Shown here piece by piece: positions 35,730 to 45,418 of a stretch of 64,000 nt of DNA. The translations under genes and the position numbers were made by a program. The notes under the pieces were generated by a model. It did not search any database, was not told the DNA's origin, and saw only the letters and a program-made list of their open reading frames with translations. The stretch covers positions 67,895 through 131,894 of the forward strand of contig JBAYTR010000010.1 of NCBI GenBank assembly GCA_041675505.1, read 5' to 3'. Position 1 is the stretch's first letter; each line of letters begins with the position of its first letter. Source of the stretch: Bacteroidia bacterium. GTDB taxonomy: Bacteria; Bacteroidota; Bacteroidia; UKL13-3.

Positions 35730-37895
35730 TCAGCGAATAATTTTCAACTCGTTGATGAGGTTGTTGGCGTTGCCGTATTTCTCCATCACAAAAAGCACGT
35801 AGCGAATGTCTACGTTAATGGTACGTTTGTAGTTAGGGTCGAAAGCAATGTCACCGCTCATGGCTTCCCAGTTGCCGTCAAAAGCCAACCCAATCAGGTG
35901 GCCTTCTCCATTGATTACCGGGCTGCCGGAGTTACCACCGGTAATATCATTGGTGGTAATAAAGGCTACGGGAACATCTCCGTTTTCAGCATAGCTGCCA
36001 AAGTCTTTTTTCTCATACAACTCTTTCAGTTTAGCGGGCACGGCAAACTCATGGCTGTTGGGATTTTCTTTCTCCATAATGCCGCTGAGGTGCGTAGAGA
36101 TATCAAACTGCACTGCGTCTTTTGATTTATAACTTTTAACATTACCATAAGTTAAACGCAGGGTTGAGTTAGCATCTGGGTACATGGTTTTGCCTGCATT
36201 TTTTTCACGCAAGGCCTTCATGTAAGTTTTACCTTCAGCAGCAATTACGGTGTTGTATTCTTTAGCATATTTTGCGTAGTTGGTGTTGTAGTTGTCGATG
36301 AAAGCCTTTATGTAAATATACGCAGGGTCTTTCTGCAGTTTTTTCAAATCAGGTTTTTTCAACCAGGCTTTCACCTTATTGCTATCAGCAAACATGGACT
36401 TGGCAAAAATCATTTTAGCATAATCTTTCGCCTGCTCTTTGCCTTTATCCTTGTCGTCACTCTTTATAATTTTAGCCAACAAAGCCGGGTGTTGGTTTTT
36501 AGGAATGTCTTTGTAAAAATACCAAAGCATGGCAGCAAGTATTTTGCGGTCTGAAACATGATTGAGTGTTTTGTATTGTGCATCAAAACCTTTGGCAATC
36601 ATCTCCAGATTTTTGCGCGCTGTGCTGGTATCGGTACCCAAACGTTTCATGGCGGTATCGGTTAAGGCGTTTTCATATCCGCTGAACATGGAAGCAATGT
36701 TGAGCAGTGTTGAACCCATAATGCCTTCACGCAGGTATACCCCGTGTTTGTTGTAGGGTTGGTAAGCATCTGTAGCGGTTTTCATTTTATTCAGTACGCT
36801 GTTGTATTCTGCCTTGTTGGAGGCCCATTTCAGGTACTCTGTCTCTTCGGCTTGTTTTTGTTCGTACACTTTCAGGCGCTTCAACTGTTCGGTTTGGCCA
36901 ATGAAGTATTTCCAGTAGTTAGCAATTTGTGCATAGCGTGAAGCCAATTGAATACGTACAGCCACATCTTTGTCCATTTCTTCTTTCATCAACTCCAAAC
37001 GTTTGTCGCGAAGTTTAACAATAGACGGGTTGGTTTCATCAATAGCCAATTTAACTCCGAAAGAAGTTTCATAGCGGTTGGTACGACCGGGGAAACCGTA
37101 TACCATAGCAAAGTCACCGTCTTTAATGCCTTTGATGTTTACAGGCAAGTAGTGCTTGGGTTTGTAAGGAACGTTCTCCGGTGAGTAGCCCGCAGGCTTG
37201 TTATCTTTATTGGCATAAATGCGGAAGATGGAGAAGTCACCCGTGTGGCGGGGCCACATCCAGTTGTCGGTATCACCACCAAATTTACCAATCGCTTCAG
37301 GCGGTGTGGCTACCAAACGAATATCGGTGAACTTTTCAAACACATACAGGTAGTATTCGTTTCCGCGAAACATATCACGAACAAAAGCTTCGTAGTGTGT
37401 TCCTTCAGTGGCTTTTTTGCTCAATGCTTTGGTTACCTCAGCAACTTTAGCTGCTTGTTTATCGGCAGGAACACCGGCAATGGCCGCGTTAACCTGATCG
37501 GTAACGTCTTCCATGCGCACCAGAATGGAAACCCACATACCGGGGTTAGCCAGTTCTTCTTTGTTGTTTTTGGCCCAAAAGCCATCCTTCAAAATGTTGT
37601 TGGATGTGCTGCTGTGTGAGGCAATGGCACCGTATCCGCAATGGTGATTGGTAAGTAACAAACCCTGTTCAGAGATAATCTCTGAAGTGCAACCGCCATT
37701 GAACCAGGCTATGGCATCTTTGAGGCTGGAGTTGTTTACATCATACAATTGCTCGGGGGTAAGTTTAAGCCCCTTGGCTTTCATTTCTTCATAGTTGTAC
37801 TTCTTTAACAGAAGCGGGAGCCACATGCCCTCATCAGCTCTTAATGAACTGATAAATACGAGGCAAATAGCAAAAGAGAGTAATATTCTTTTCAT
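35730..37895 (-). CDS. S46-family dipeptidyl-peptidase (DPP7/DPP11-like)
   Basis: Start MKRILLSFAICLVFISSLRADEGMWLP at 37895; ADEGMW is the hallmark S46 N-terminus. TNHHCG (catalytic His) and GGNSGSPV (catalytic Ser) are present. Confidence 0.85.
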   Translation of the reverse strand: MKRILLSFAICLVFISSLRADEGMWLPLLLKKYNYEEMKAKGLKLTPEQLYDVNNSSLKDAIAWFNGGCTSEIISEQGLLLTNHHCGYGAIASHSSTSNNILKDGFWAKNNKEELANPGMWVSILVRMEDVTDQVNAAIAGVPADKQAAKVAEVTKALSKKATEGTHYEAFVRDMFRGNEYYLYVFEKFTDIRLVATPPEAIGKFGGDTDNWMWPRHTGDFSIFRIYANKDNKPAGYSPENVPYKPKHYLPVNIKGIKDGDFAMVYGFPGRTNRYETSFGVKLAIDETNPSIVKLRDKRLELMKEEMDKDVAVRIQLASRYAQIANYWKYFIGQTEQLKRLKVYEQKQAEETEYLKWASNKAEYNSVLNKMKTATDAYQPYNKHGVYLREGIMGSTLLNIASMFSGYENALTDTAMKRLGTDTSTARKNLEMIAKGFDAQYKTLNHVSDRKILAAMLWYFYKDIPKNQHPALLAKIIKSDDKDKGKEQAKDYAKMIFAKSMFADSNKVKAWLKKPDLKKLQKDPAYIYIKAFIDNYNTNYAKYAKEYNTVIAAEGKTYMKALREKNAGKTMYPDANSTLRLTYGNVKSYKSKDAVQFDISTHLSGIMEKENPNSHEFAVPAKLKELYEKKDFGSYAENGDVPVAFITTNDITGGNSGSPVINGEGHLIGLAFDGNWEAMSGDIAFDPNYKRTINVDIRYVLFVMEKYGNANNLINELKIIR

Positions 37896-38039
37896 GGGCG
37901 ATTTAATTTTTTGCAGCGCAAGTTTACGCCTTTTTAGAGAATGGAAGTGAGACGAAAGAGTCCTTTGAGGAAAAAATCGATTAAAGTATTGTTTTTCTGT
38001 TTGAAACACATAATTTCACGTATCAAAAAACAACACTAA

Positions 38040-38189
38040 ATGAAACCAAAACGCCTGACTTTCTATGTTTTTACAGGCAATTGTCGCATAAGTATAAATA
38101 TGGCCACCTGCTCACCCGGCCTGTACCTGGTACAACTAGTAAATAACGGCAGTATTTTAAAAACACAAAAACTACTAAAACAACGCTGA
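38040..38189 (+). pseudogene. Orphan fragment of a T9SS C-terminal sorting domain (49 codons)
   Basis: Hand translation gives MKPKRLTFYVFTGNCRISINMATCSPGLYLVQLVNNGSILKTQKLLKQR*. It parallels the tail of the next gene (CVKVYNMMGTEIY...TGIYLIKLFCNGTQIATKKVIKN). An in-frame stop lies immediately upstream of its ATG. Confidence 0.4.
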
Positions 38190-39709
38190 TGAGCACACAC
38201 AGCTATAAAAAGTTGGTTGCGGTAGTATCGTTGCTTACCTCGCTTACCACACAGGCGCAGTTTAGGCACTTTAACAAAATGTACAACCACAAGGGTTGGT
38301 GGGACAATGCAGTGGGTGTAGTTGATTTAGGCAACCACTACCTTGTTGCAGGCACCACTGCCGATTTGCTTTCTCCTGATTCCAGCTACTACCGTTCGCT
38401 TTGGCTTTATTATCTTGATAGCGCGGGTAACAAAGGTAATGAGCGACTAATACATTTCCCTTACCAGTTTGCAGGTGTAGGGCCTGTTGGTTCTGGACGG
38501 AATTTCTTAACAAAAGCTTCTGAAGGAAAGTATCTATTTACCGGTACGCTTTCAGATACAAATCAAAATGCGCGAATATTGTTGATGGAACTTGACTCAT
38601 CTTTGCAGCCGTTATGGATAACAATAGATAGCACAAAAGGCTATATGCTTCCCTACGATGCTACTAAACTTTTGGATGGAGGCTATATGGTTTGCGGCTA
38701 TTCCGGTGAAAACTATGCAAGTAAATTGGAGGGCTTTTTAGCTCGATATGATCAGTGGGGGAATCGTATATGGGTTAAGCAATACTCTGGCATTGGAAAC
38801 ACAGGTTTTAGTAGCATTATTCTATTTGATTCATCTTCACTATTAACCACCAGAACGTATTCTCAATCGGGAAGTAAGACCTCCATTTTAAAGATTGACA
38901 CCTCAGGTGTTATGATATGGAGTAAAGAGACTAGCCTTAGTAGCGTTTCTTTTAATATTAAGAAAAGTACTGATAGCACTTATATTATTTATGGAGTAGC
39001 AGGAAAGACGAATAATATTTATGGGTTAGTTGGCAAGTTTAAACTTAATAATGAAGTAAGTCTAATGTGGGCAGACTCCTTTCGCTTAGCACGCTTTAGT
39101 CATTTTATTGATGTTTTTGAATTACCCGGTGGCAATATTATAGCTGTGGGTGAAACTGACAATGTCAACGCGTTTAATGGTACCACCATTGCTTGGTGTG
39201 TTAAGGTTTCTTCAAACGGCCAATATTTGAGAGAAAAGTTATACTTTTATGAAGACGGTCGCCCCAGCCACATGTGGGGCGCATCTTCTACCAGCGATGG
39301 GGGTATTATATGCGTAGGAACCGCACAAAACGATTATGAGCCTTCACCTTATGGGCAAGATGCCTGGGTTATGAAAATTGACACCAACCTGTGTGATACC
39401 CCTGGTTGTTCAGGAGTTATTATTGGTACTACAGCAGATGAAGAATTTAAAACAAATGATGTTAAGGTTTATCCCAATCCATTCAACAATGATGTAAATC
39501 TTATTTATTCTTTAAGACAGGGCGCATCAGAAATGTGTGTAAAGGTATACAACATGATGGGAACAGAGATTTATAGGCAGGAAAATTTACCCAATAGCTG
39601 GATTAATAGCATAGCCTTAAATTTAAGCCAACACCAAACAGGTATTTACCTGATAAAACTGTTTTGTAACGGCACACAAATAGCAACAAAAAAGGTGATT
39701 AAAAATTAA
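38189..39709 (+). CDS. T9SS C-terminal-target-domain secreted protein with repeat-rich, beta-propeller-like body
   Basis: 506 aa: signal peptide, then a Por secretion tail (VKVYPNPFNNDVNLIYSL...GIYLIKLF). Confidence 0.6.
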   Translation: MSTHSYKKLVAVVSLLTSLTTQAQFRHFNKMYNHKGWWDNAVGVVDLGNHYLVAGTTADLLSPDSSYYRSLWLYYLDSAGNKGNERLIHFPYQFAGVGPVGSGRNFLTKASEGKYLFTGTLSDTNQNARILLMELDSSLQPLWITIDSTKGYMLPYDATKLLDGGYMVCGYSGENYASKLEGFLARYDQWGNRIWVKQYSGIGNTGFSSIILFDSSSLLTTRTYSQSGSKTSILKIDTSGVMIWSKETSLSSVSFNIKKSTDSTYIIYGVAGKTNNIYGLVGKFKLNNEVSLMWADSFRLARFSHFIDVFELPGGNIIAVGETDNVNAFNGTTIAWCVKVSSNGQYLREKLYFYEDGRPSHMWGASSTSDGGIICVGTAQNDYEPSPYGQDAWVMKIDTNLCDTPGCSGVIIGTTADEEFKTNDVKVYPNPFNNDVNLIYSLRQGASEMCVKVYNMMGTEIYRQENLPNSWINSIALNLSQHQTGIYLIKLFCNGTQIATKKVIKN

Positions 39710-39716
39710 AACTACG

Positions 39717-40607
39717 CTACTCCTGCGATAGCCAACCCAGCGTACCTCCGGTATGTAACAACAGCAGCTTTTCTCCGGTTTTTATGTCTCCGCGTTCTAC
39801 CAGTTGATGGGCGGCCAGCAACATTTTTCCCGTGTATACCTGATCAAACAAAATACCCGTTTGAGCAGCGGTGTTTTTAATGAGGGTGATTAATCGGTCG
39901 GTAGTTTTAGCATATCCTCCTTCATGAAACTCCGTATGCAGGGTAAGGTTGTTGAGCGCGGGAGCAAGAGTATGAATGTCCTTGCGTAAAAAATCAGCAC
40001 CTTTTAAAACAGCTATGCTGTGCACGTGTGCGTTCGGTTGGTGGCGGGCAAACCCTTTGGCTACACCGGCTGTAGTGCCTCCGGTACCGGAAGCCAGCAA
40101 CACGTGGTTGAACGACTGATTTACTTCTGCGGCTATTTCTTCACAGCCTTTTACTGCCAGCAGGTTGGTACCTCCTTCAGGCAATACGTACGACTGTGCT
40201 TGTGCATATTGTTGTGCCAATACTTCTTTGTCGCGGTATGCCTCGCGCGACACAAAAATGATTTCCATACCAAACGTTTGGCAAATGTGCAGCATGTAAT
40301 TGTGTGTACCCGCATCGCCCCGCACCAAACCCGTTGATTGGAATCCGCACAAAGCCCCTGCGCAGGCTACCGCCACTAAATGGTTGCTGTAAGCGCCACC
40401 AAAGGTAAGCAGGTGTGATTTGCCTTGTTGTTCAGCCTCCATTAAGTTGTATTTGAGTTTGCGCCACTTGTTGCCGCTTACAAACGGATGAATTAAATCA
40501 TCGCGCTTTAGCCACACCTCAACACCGGCCTTTTCAAAAGCAGGCAGCACAAAACGTTGCAAAGGAGCATGAACGGGAGCACTGAAAATAGCTGTAGCAC
40601 GAAGCAT
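39717..40607 (-). CDS. PLP-dependent ACC deaminase / D-cysteine desulfhydrase-family enzyme
   Basis: 296 aa with SGNKWRKLKYNL (PLP-lysine motif of this family) and a GTGGT loop. Confidence 0.7.
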   Translation of the reverse strand: MLRATAIFSAPVHAPLQRFVLPAFEKAGVEVWLKRDDLIHPFVSGNKWRKLKYNLMEAEQQGKSHLLTFGGAYSNHLVAVACAGALCGFQSTGLVRGDAGTHNYMLHICQTFGMEIIFVSREAYRDKEVLAQQYAQAQSYVLPEGGTNLLAVKGCEEIAAEVNQSFNHVLLASGTGGTTAGVAKGFARHQPNAHVHSIAVLKGADFLRKDIHTLAPALNNLTLHTEFHEGGYAKTTDRLITLIKNTAAQTGILFDQVYTGKMLLAAHQLVERGDIKTGEKLLLLHTGGTLGWLSQE

Positions 40608-40647
40608 GGCACGAAAGTAATATCAAATTCTGTATCTTTGATTTACG

Positions 40648-42144
40648 ATGAGTGACAGTAAGCAGAAACCTCTGCATTTGTTTACCGTGTTTATATTGGC
40701 ACAGGCGGTGTTGTTTTGGATAACTCGGCACGACCCGTTTTTTGGAGATGCTGTTTCAGGCGTATCGCGCGCAGCGGTACACATTTTTGAGCAACAACTA
40801 AGCACTGTTTTTTTTCTTCCGCAACATGACCCCGGTCATCCTACCTTGTTCCCGGTATTGATATCGGCCAGCTGGATGGTGCTGGGTAAAAAACTGTGGG
40901 TGGCACATTTGCTCGTTAACCTTTTTGCAACAGGCACACTTTACCTCACGTGGCGATTGGCCAATAAGTGTTTAACCGGTTGGTGGCCCTATTTGCCTGT
41001 ATTGTTTTTAACGCTTTCAGCTACGTACCTCGCGCAAAGTGCGATGCTCACCAACCACATGCCGCTTACGTTTTTTTACCTGCTCGCCTTTACTGCACTG
41101 TTGGAGAAACGTTCCTTTATTTTTATAATCGCTTCTTGTGCTATGGTGCTCTTGCATTTGCAAGCTGTTTTTATGTTGGCAGCTATGGCTCTGGCGGAGA
41201 TGTATATTCACACCGGTGTAAATCGGCAAAGTGTAGTTCAGTTTTTTAAACAAAAACTCTGGTGGTTTATTCCTTCGGCTGCAGTGTTTTTTTGTTGGGG
41301 TTATTTGCATGCGCAACAAACGGGCTGGGCTTTCAGTTCTCCTGTTTTTGCGGAACACCGGCAAGCAGTTGGCTTTGCAGGATTTATAAAACACGTACTC
41401 ATTTCCTTTTGGCGATTGGCCGATTATGGATACTTTATTTTTTATGTGCCGTTGCTGATACTTTTTTTTCGTGAGCGGAAAAAACTTGCTCAACTTTTAA
41501 CGCAGCATACACTAACCGTTTCGTGGATAATTCATTTAAGTGTTACAGCCCTGCTTATTTGCGCTACGTTAAACTATTCTCCAGGTCACCGGTACTTTTT
41601 TCCGTTCAGTGCCTTGTTGAGCATAGTGGCTGTGGTGGCGTTGAAAGAAGCATTTCGGCAAAAACCTGCGCGGTGGATGTTGGGCGTTTCTATAGCCGTG
41701 GTATTGGTGTTGGGCAACTACTGGTATTATCCGGGTAAATGTTTGGGTGACGCCACGCTGGCCTACAGAAATTATTTCGCTTTGGAAAAACAGATTCAGC
41801 AGGAGCTGCCCGATAGTGTAATAATCTATACTTATGCACCACTGGCGTCTGAGACGAAGTACACCACACTTAAAGAAACAGGTAATCTTCAGGTAAAAGA
41901 ACTGTACGGTAAAAATATTCAAGAAACACCTGTGGTGTTGCAAAGCAACTGCAACTGTGAATTTTCTACGGAAGAGTTAAATGCATTGCAACAGTGGAAA
42001 GGTAAAAGCTATGAGCAACATGCCGTGTATGTGAATGTATTGTTTAATCCGCAGTATTTTCAGACACCGCCACTGAATGAAACTTTGCGCGAAAAAAGTG
42101 CTGTGGAGTTGTGGATGGAGAAGAGCAAACAAGCGGCTCAATAA
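40648..42144 (+). CDS. Polytopic membrane protein, possibly an ArnT/PMT-like (GT39/83) glycosyltransferase
   Basis: 498 aa with about 10 hydrophobic helices followed by a soluble C-terminal domain. The family call is weak. Confidence 0.4.
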   Translation: MSDSKQKPLHLFTVFILAQAVLFWITRHDPFFGDAVSGVSRAAVHIFEQQLSTVFFLPQHDPGHPTLFPVLISASWMVLGKKLWVAHLLVNLFATGTLYLTWRLANKCLTGWWPYLPVLFLTLSATYLAQSAMLTNHMPLTFFYLLAFTALLEKRSFIFIIASCAMVLLHLQAVFMLAAMALAEMYIHTGVNRQSVVQFFKQKLWWFIPSAAVFFCWGYLHAQQTGWAFSSPVFAEHRQAVGFAGFIKHVLISFWRLADYGYFIFYVPLLILFFRERKKLAQLLTQHTLTVSWIIHLSVTALLICATLNYSPGHRYFFPFSALLSIVAVVALKEAFRQKPARWMLGVSIAVVLVLGNYWYYPGKCLGDATLAYRNYFALEKQIQQELPDSVIIYTYAPLASETKYTTLKETGNLQVKELYGKNIQETPVVLQSNCNCEFSTEELNALQQWKGKSYEQHAVYVNVLFNPQYFQTPPLNETLREKSAVELWMEKSKQAAQ

Positions 42145-42240
42145 AAAAAGACTCTCACAACCAGTTGGCTGAAGAGAGATTTATTTCTTGATACAACGCC
42201 TGCTTGCCCGCTGTTGTCTTGTTGGCACAAAACCGTTTTT

Positions 42241-42804
42241 ATGAGAAAAGTAAAACTCTTTATTGCGTGCAGTGCTGATGGCTACATTGCCACACCGGAT
42301 GGGGGCCTTGATTTTTTGTCAACCGTAGAACAGCCGGGTGAAGATTATGGCTACGCAACTCATTATGCCACCATTGATACCGTAGTGTTGGGTCGGAAAA
42401 CCTACGAGAAGGTACTTTCTTTCGGTATGCCGTTTCCGCACAGTTGCACCACCTACATTATTACATCTAAACCTCAACCCCCGCAAGGCAATATTCATTT
42501 TTATCATCAAGGTCCGGTCGCGCTTATTCGCGAGTTACTGCAGCAACCCGGTAAGGATATTTTTGTAGACGGTGGTGCAGAGGTTATTCATGCGTTGATG
42601 CAGGAACAGTTGATTCATGAAATGACCATCTCGGTTATTCCCGTTTTGTTGGGTAGCGGTATTCGACTATTTAAAGAAGGGTTTAGTCAACAGGTGCTTA
42701 CACTTATGGAGAGCAAATCGTTCCCCAGCGGATTGGTACAGATGACATATTCCGTTAACTCACCCAAAGCAGCAGTTCACACGCCCAAACAGCCGGTTCA
42801 GTAA
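42241..42804 (+). CDS. Dihydrofolate reductase-family protein (RibD C-terminal domain type)
   Basis: Likely start MRKVKLFIACSADGYIATPDGGLDFL at 42241; VVLGRKTYE and FVDGGAEV motifs. Confidence 0.7.
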   Translation: MRKVKLFIACSADGYIATPDGGLDFLSTVEQPGEDYGYATHYATIDTVVLGRKTYEKVLSFGMPFPHSCTTYIITSKPQPPQGNIHFYHQGPVALIRELLQQPGKDIFVDGGAEVIHALMQEQLIHEMTISVIPVLLGSGIRLFKEGFSQQVLTLMESKSFPSGLVQMTYSVNSPKAAVHTPKQPVQ

Positions 42805-42855
42805 AAGGCATCAAATTGTTTTTTACCACCCCTCTACTTTTGTTCCGTCAATCAG

Positions 42856-43617
42856 ATGTATATGAAACACGCAGTTGCAGCCGCATTTTTATTTCTCACT
42901 ATTCCGGTATTTGCTCAGGATTATTGGGCCAAGGTGCCGGCTTTCAGTAACCAATGTTACAGCCTAAACGATAAGCTGACGGAACAGGTTCAGGTTTACC
43001 ACGATGAGGTAAGCGGACGTATAGCTCAGCTGCAGGAAAAGCAGGAGAAAAAAATTCAAAACATGACGGAGGCTGAGCGCACACAAATGGCCATGAAAGC
43101 ATCTACCCAATACCAGAACATGACGCCCGATGCCATTCGTAAAATGCAGGAAGAGCAGCTATTGCAAATGACACTGATGCAGGAAACCGAAGCAAAACAT
43201 ACAGCCATTATTGATAAGATAACAGCGGCACAAAGTGCTTACAGGGCTGAGTGTGTTACTCAACTGGAACCCATTATGGCAGAGTACCGCAAATTGCCTG
43301 ATGGCGAAGGAACACCCGATTGGGCCATAACCAAAGGAAGGGCACTTATGCAACAATACAACAAAGCCTACGAGACCATCTGTTCTAAATACATTACCGG
43401 TGCAAATGCGGTATTTAAACCATTGCTGGAAGAGTACAGGTTGTTTCAAATCAATACCGCCATTCCCAACGGGAAAAAGAGGATGGAATTTCAAATGAAA
43501 CAATTCGGCTTAACCCCGGAAAATTATGATGGTATTGTGCTGGAAGGCGTTAAGGCTTACCTCGAAAAAATGAAAGAGGTGTATGACCTGCGTCAACTGC
43601 AAAAACAGGGAGAATAA
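42856..43617 (+). CDS. Hypothetical secreted, helix-rich protein
   Basis: 253 aa with signal peptide MYMKHAVAAAFLFLTIPVFAQ. No family recognised. Confidence 0.5.
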   Translation: MYMKHAVAAAFLFLTIPVFAQDYWAKVPAFSNQCYSLNDKLTEQVQVYHDEVSGRIAQLQEKQEKKIQNMTEAERTQMAMKASTQYQNMTPDAIRKMQEEQLLQMTLMQETEAKHTAIIDKITAAQSAYRAECVTQLEPIMAEYRKLPDGEGTPDWAITKGRALMQQYNKAYETICSKYITGANAVFKPLLEEYRLFQINTAIPNGKKRMEFQMKQFGLTPENYDGIVLEGVKAYLEKMKEVYDLRQLQKQGE

Positions 43618-43669
43618 ACTCCTTACTGAAAGAGACTAGCTTTTTTATTAAGAAAGCCTGTACTGCCTG

Positions 43670-43700
43670 AAGCTTGTCGGTAAACGACAAGCTTTTTTGT
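43670..43700 (+). terminator. Rho-independent terminator
   Basis: AAGCTTGTCG/CGACAAGCTT 10-bp stem followed by TTTTTTG, between convergent genes. Confidence 0.7.
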
Positions 43701-43701
43701 T

Positions 43702-45357
43702 TTAAAGAATGCTTAAGTTTTTAAATGAAGTGAAAACGTCAACATCAGTATCTGGATTGGTTTTTACTTCGATGATGCGGGCGCGTGAAGGTGTAGTGTT
43801 TTGTAGTGCCTTCGTAAGTTCAGATTCATTGGCTGCTGAAGTGTAACTCAGCGTATACTGCTCAGCTACTTCTTTAACGCTTCTGTTAACAGGCGTGGCA
43901 AAAAGCAATTCGCGTTCCGGCTGTTGGCGAGGTCCGTCAATCAAGCGGAATATACCACCACCGTTGTTGTTGATGACCACCACCGTGAGGTTGGCAGGAA
44001 CAAAATCATTCCAGAAAGCATGTTCATCATAAAAGAAAGAAAGGTCTCCGGTGAGCAAAACTACCGGAGCATCAGTAGCCAGTGCAGCACCCACAGCCGT
44101 GGAGGTAGAGCCGTCAATACCACTGGTGCCGCGGTTGCTGTAGAAAGTATAATCTGGAGAATGGCTGAGGTAATTCATGTAACGAACGCTCATGCTGTTG
44201 GCCAACTGTAGCTGCGTATTTTTCGCCAGATTTTTCAGGAGTATAGCTACGGCCTTTAACTCACCAAAATCAACTGATTCCGTAAATTGTTCAAGTGCTT
44301 TTGCAGCGCGTTGATTGTGTTGTTCCCATAACGTGTGGTAATTGGAGTTGTTGAACTCCACGTTTTGCAAAAGAGCAACTAATCCGTGAATGTCTGTTCT
44401 TAAATGTTTGGGTTGTGTGGCAAAGGTATCGGGTGCCTTTTCCGACACGGTAAAATGAAAATGCTTTTTAGGGGAATATTTCTTTAAAAATAATTTGAGG
44501 TTTTTCGATACGTGATTATCGCCCACAGTAATCAAAACATCGGGTGCAAGTTGTTGACGAATGACATCATCAGCAGTACCCAATAACACATCATAATAAC
44601 TCATGTCACCCATTCCCCGCAGGTTAGCACACACATCATTGAGCCATACTATTTTTTTATTCTGCACTAAGGACTTCACTTTTTTACGCAGCTTTTCTTC
44701 AGCAGGTAAGGAGGCACAGGCTACAAGCACTGAATTGGCAAAGTTTAACGCCTCGAGCAGCTCTGTTGTGTCGGGTGCCGATAAAGAAAAGGTTACCTGC
44801 GATTGTTTGGTGCCGGGAAAAACAAACGCATCAGAAGTGTACAACGGTTCACGTAAAGGCACGTTCACATGCACCGGACCAGCATCAGGGAATACAGCAT
44901 TGAGCAAAGCCGCTTTTAGTGCGTGGATGTGGTCTTTTGTTTGGGCCGTATAGGTGTCAGGTAATTGATAGCTTGCCTTTACATGGCGGCCATAAATTTC
45001 CTGTTGGAAAATAGTTTGTCCGTCCTGGTTACCTACCAGTTCAGGGGGGCGGTCGGCTGTTAAAACGAGTAAGGGTATTTTTTGAAAATACGCTTCAGCA
45101 ATGGCAGGAGCATAGTTGAGCGAAGCAGTACCTGAGGTGCAGATGAGTACTACCGGTTTTCTTTTTTGCTGTGCTATACCCAAAGCTATAAATGCGGCAC
45201 TGCGTTCATCCACCACCACCCGCAGGTTAAATTTGTTGTATCGGTAAAAGGCCAATGTAAGCGGTGCTGAACGGGAGCCGGGAGAAACAATCACATCCTC
45301 TACTCCGTATTGTGCACAGATAACAGGAAGGTGGTTGATTTGCTGCTGTTGGTACAT
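43702..45357 (-). CDS. menD: 2-succinyl-5-enolpyruvyl-6-hydroxy-3-cyclohexene-1-carboxylate synthase
   Basis: 551 aa, ThDP enzyme: SPGSRSAPL, GTASLNYAPAIAEA, GDLSFFYD. Confidence 0.85.
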   Translation of the reverse strand: MYQQQQINHLPVICAQYGVEDVIVSPGSRSAPLTLAFYRYNKFNLRVVVDERSAAFIALGIAQQKRKPVVLICTSGTASLNYAPAIAEAYFQKIPLLVLTADRPPELVGNQDGQTIFQQEIYGRHVKASYQLPDTYTAQTKDHIHALKAALLNAVFPDAGPVHVNVPLREPLYTSDAFVFPGTKQSQVTFSLSAPDTTELLEALNFANSVLVACASLPAEEKLRKKVKSLVQNKKIVWLNDVCANLRGMGDMSYYDVLLGTADDVIRQQLAPDVLITVGDNHVSKNLKLFLKKYSPKKHFHFTVSEKAPDTFATQPKHLRTDIHGLVALLQNVEFNNSNYHTLWEQHNQRAAKALEQFTESVDFGELKAVAILLKNLAKNTQLQLANSMSVRYMNYLSHSPDYTFYSNRGTSGIDGSTSTAVGAALATDAPVVLLTGDLSFFYDEHAFWNDFVPANLTVVVINNNGGGIFRLIDGPRQQPERELLFATPVNRSVKEVAEQYTLSYTSAANESELTKALQNTTPSRARIIEVKTNPDTDVDVFTSFKNLSIL

Positions 45358-45418
45358 AATGGGAGTAACTAAAATACGTTTTTAAGGTTTTGAAAAATAA
45401 TGAAAGATTTACTGCGAC

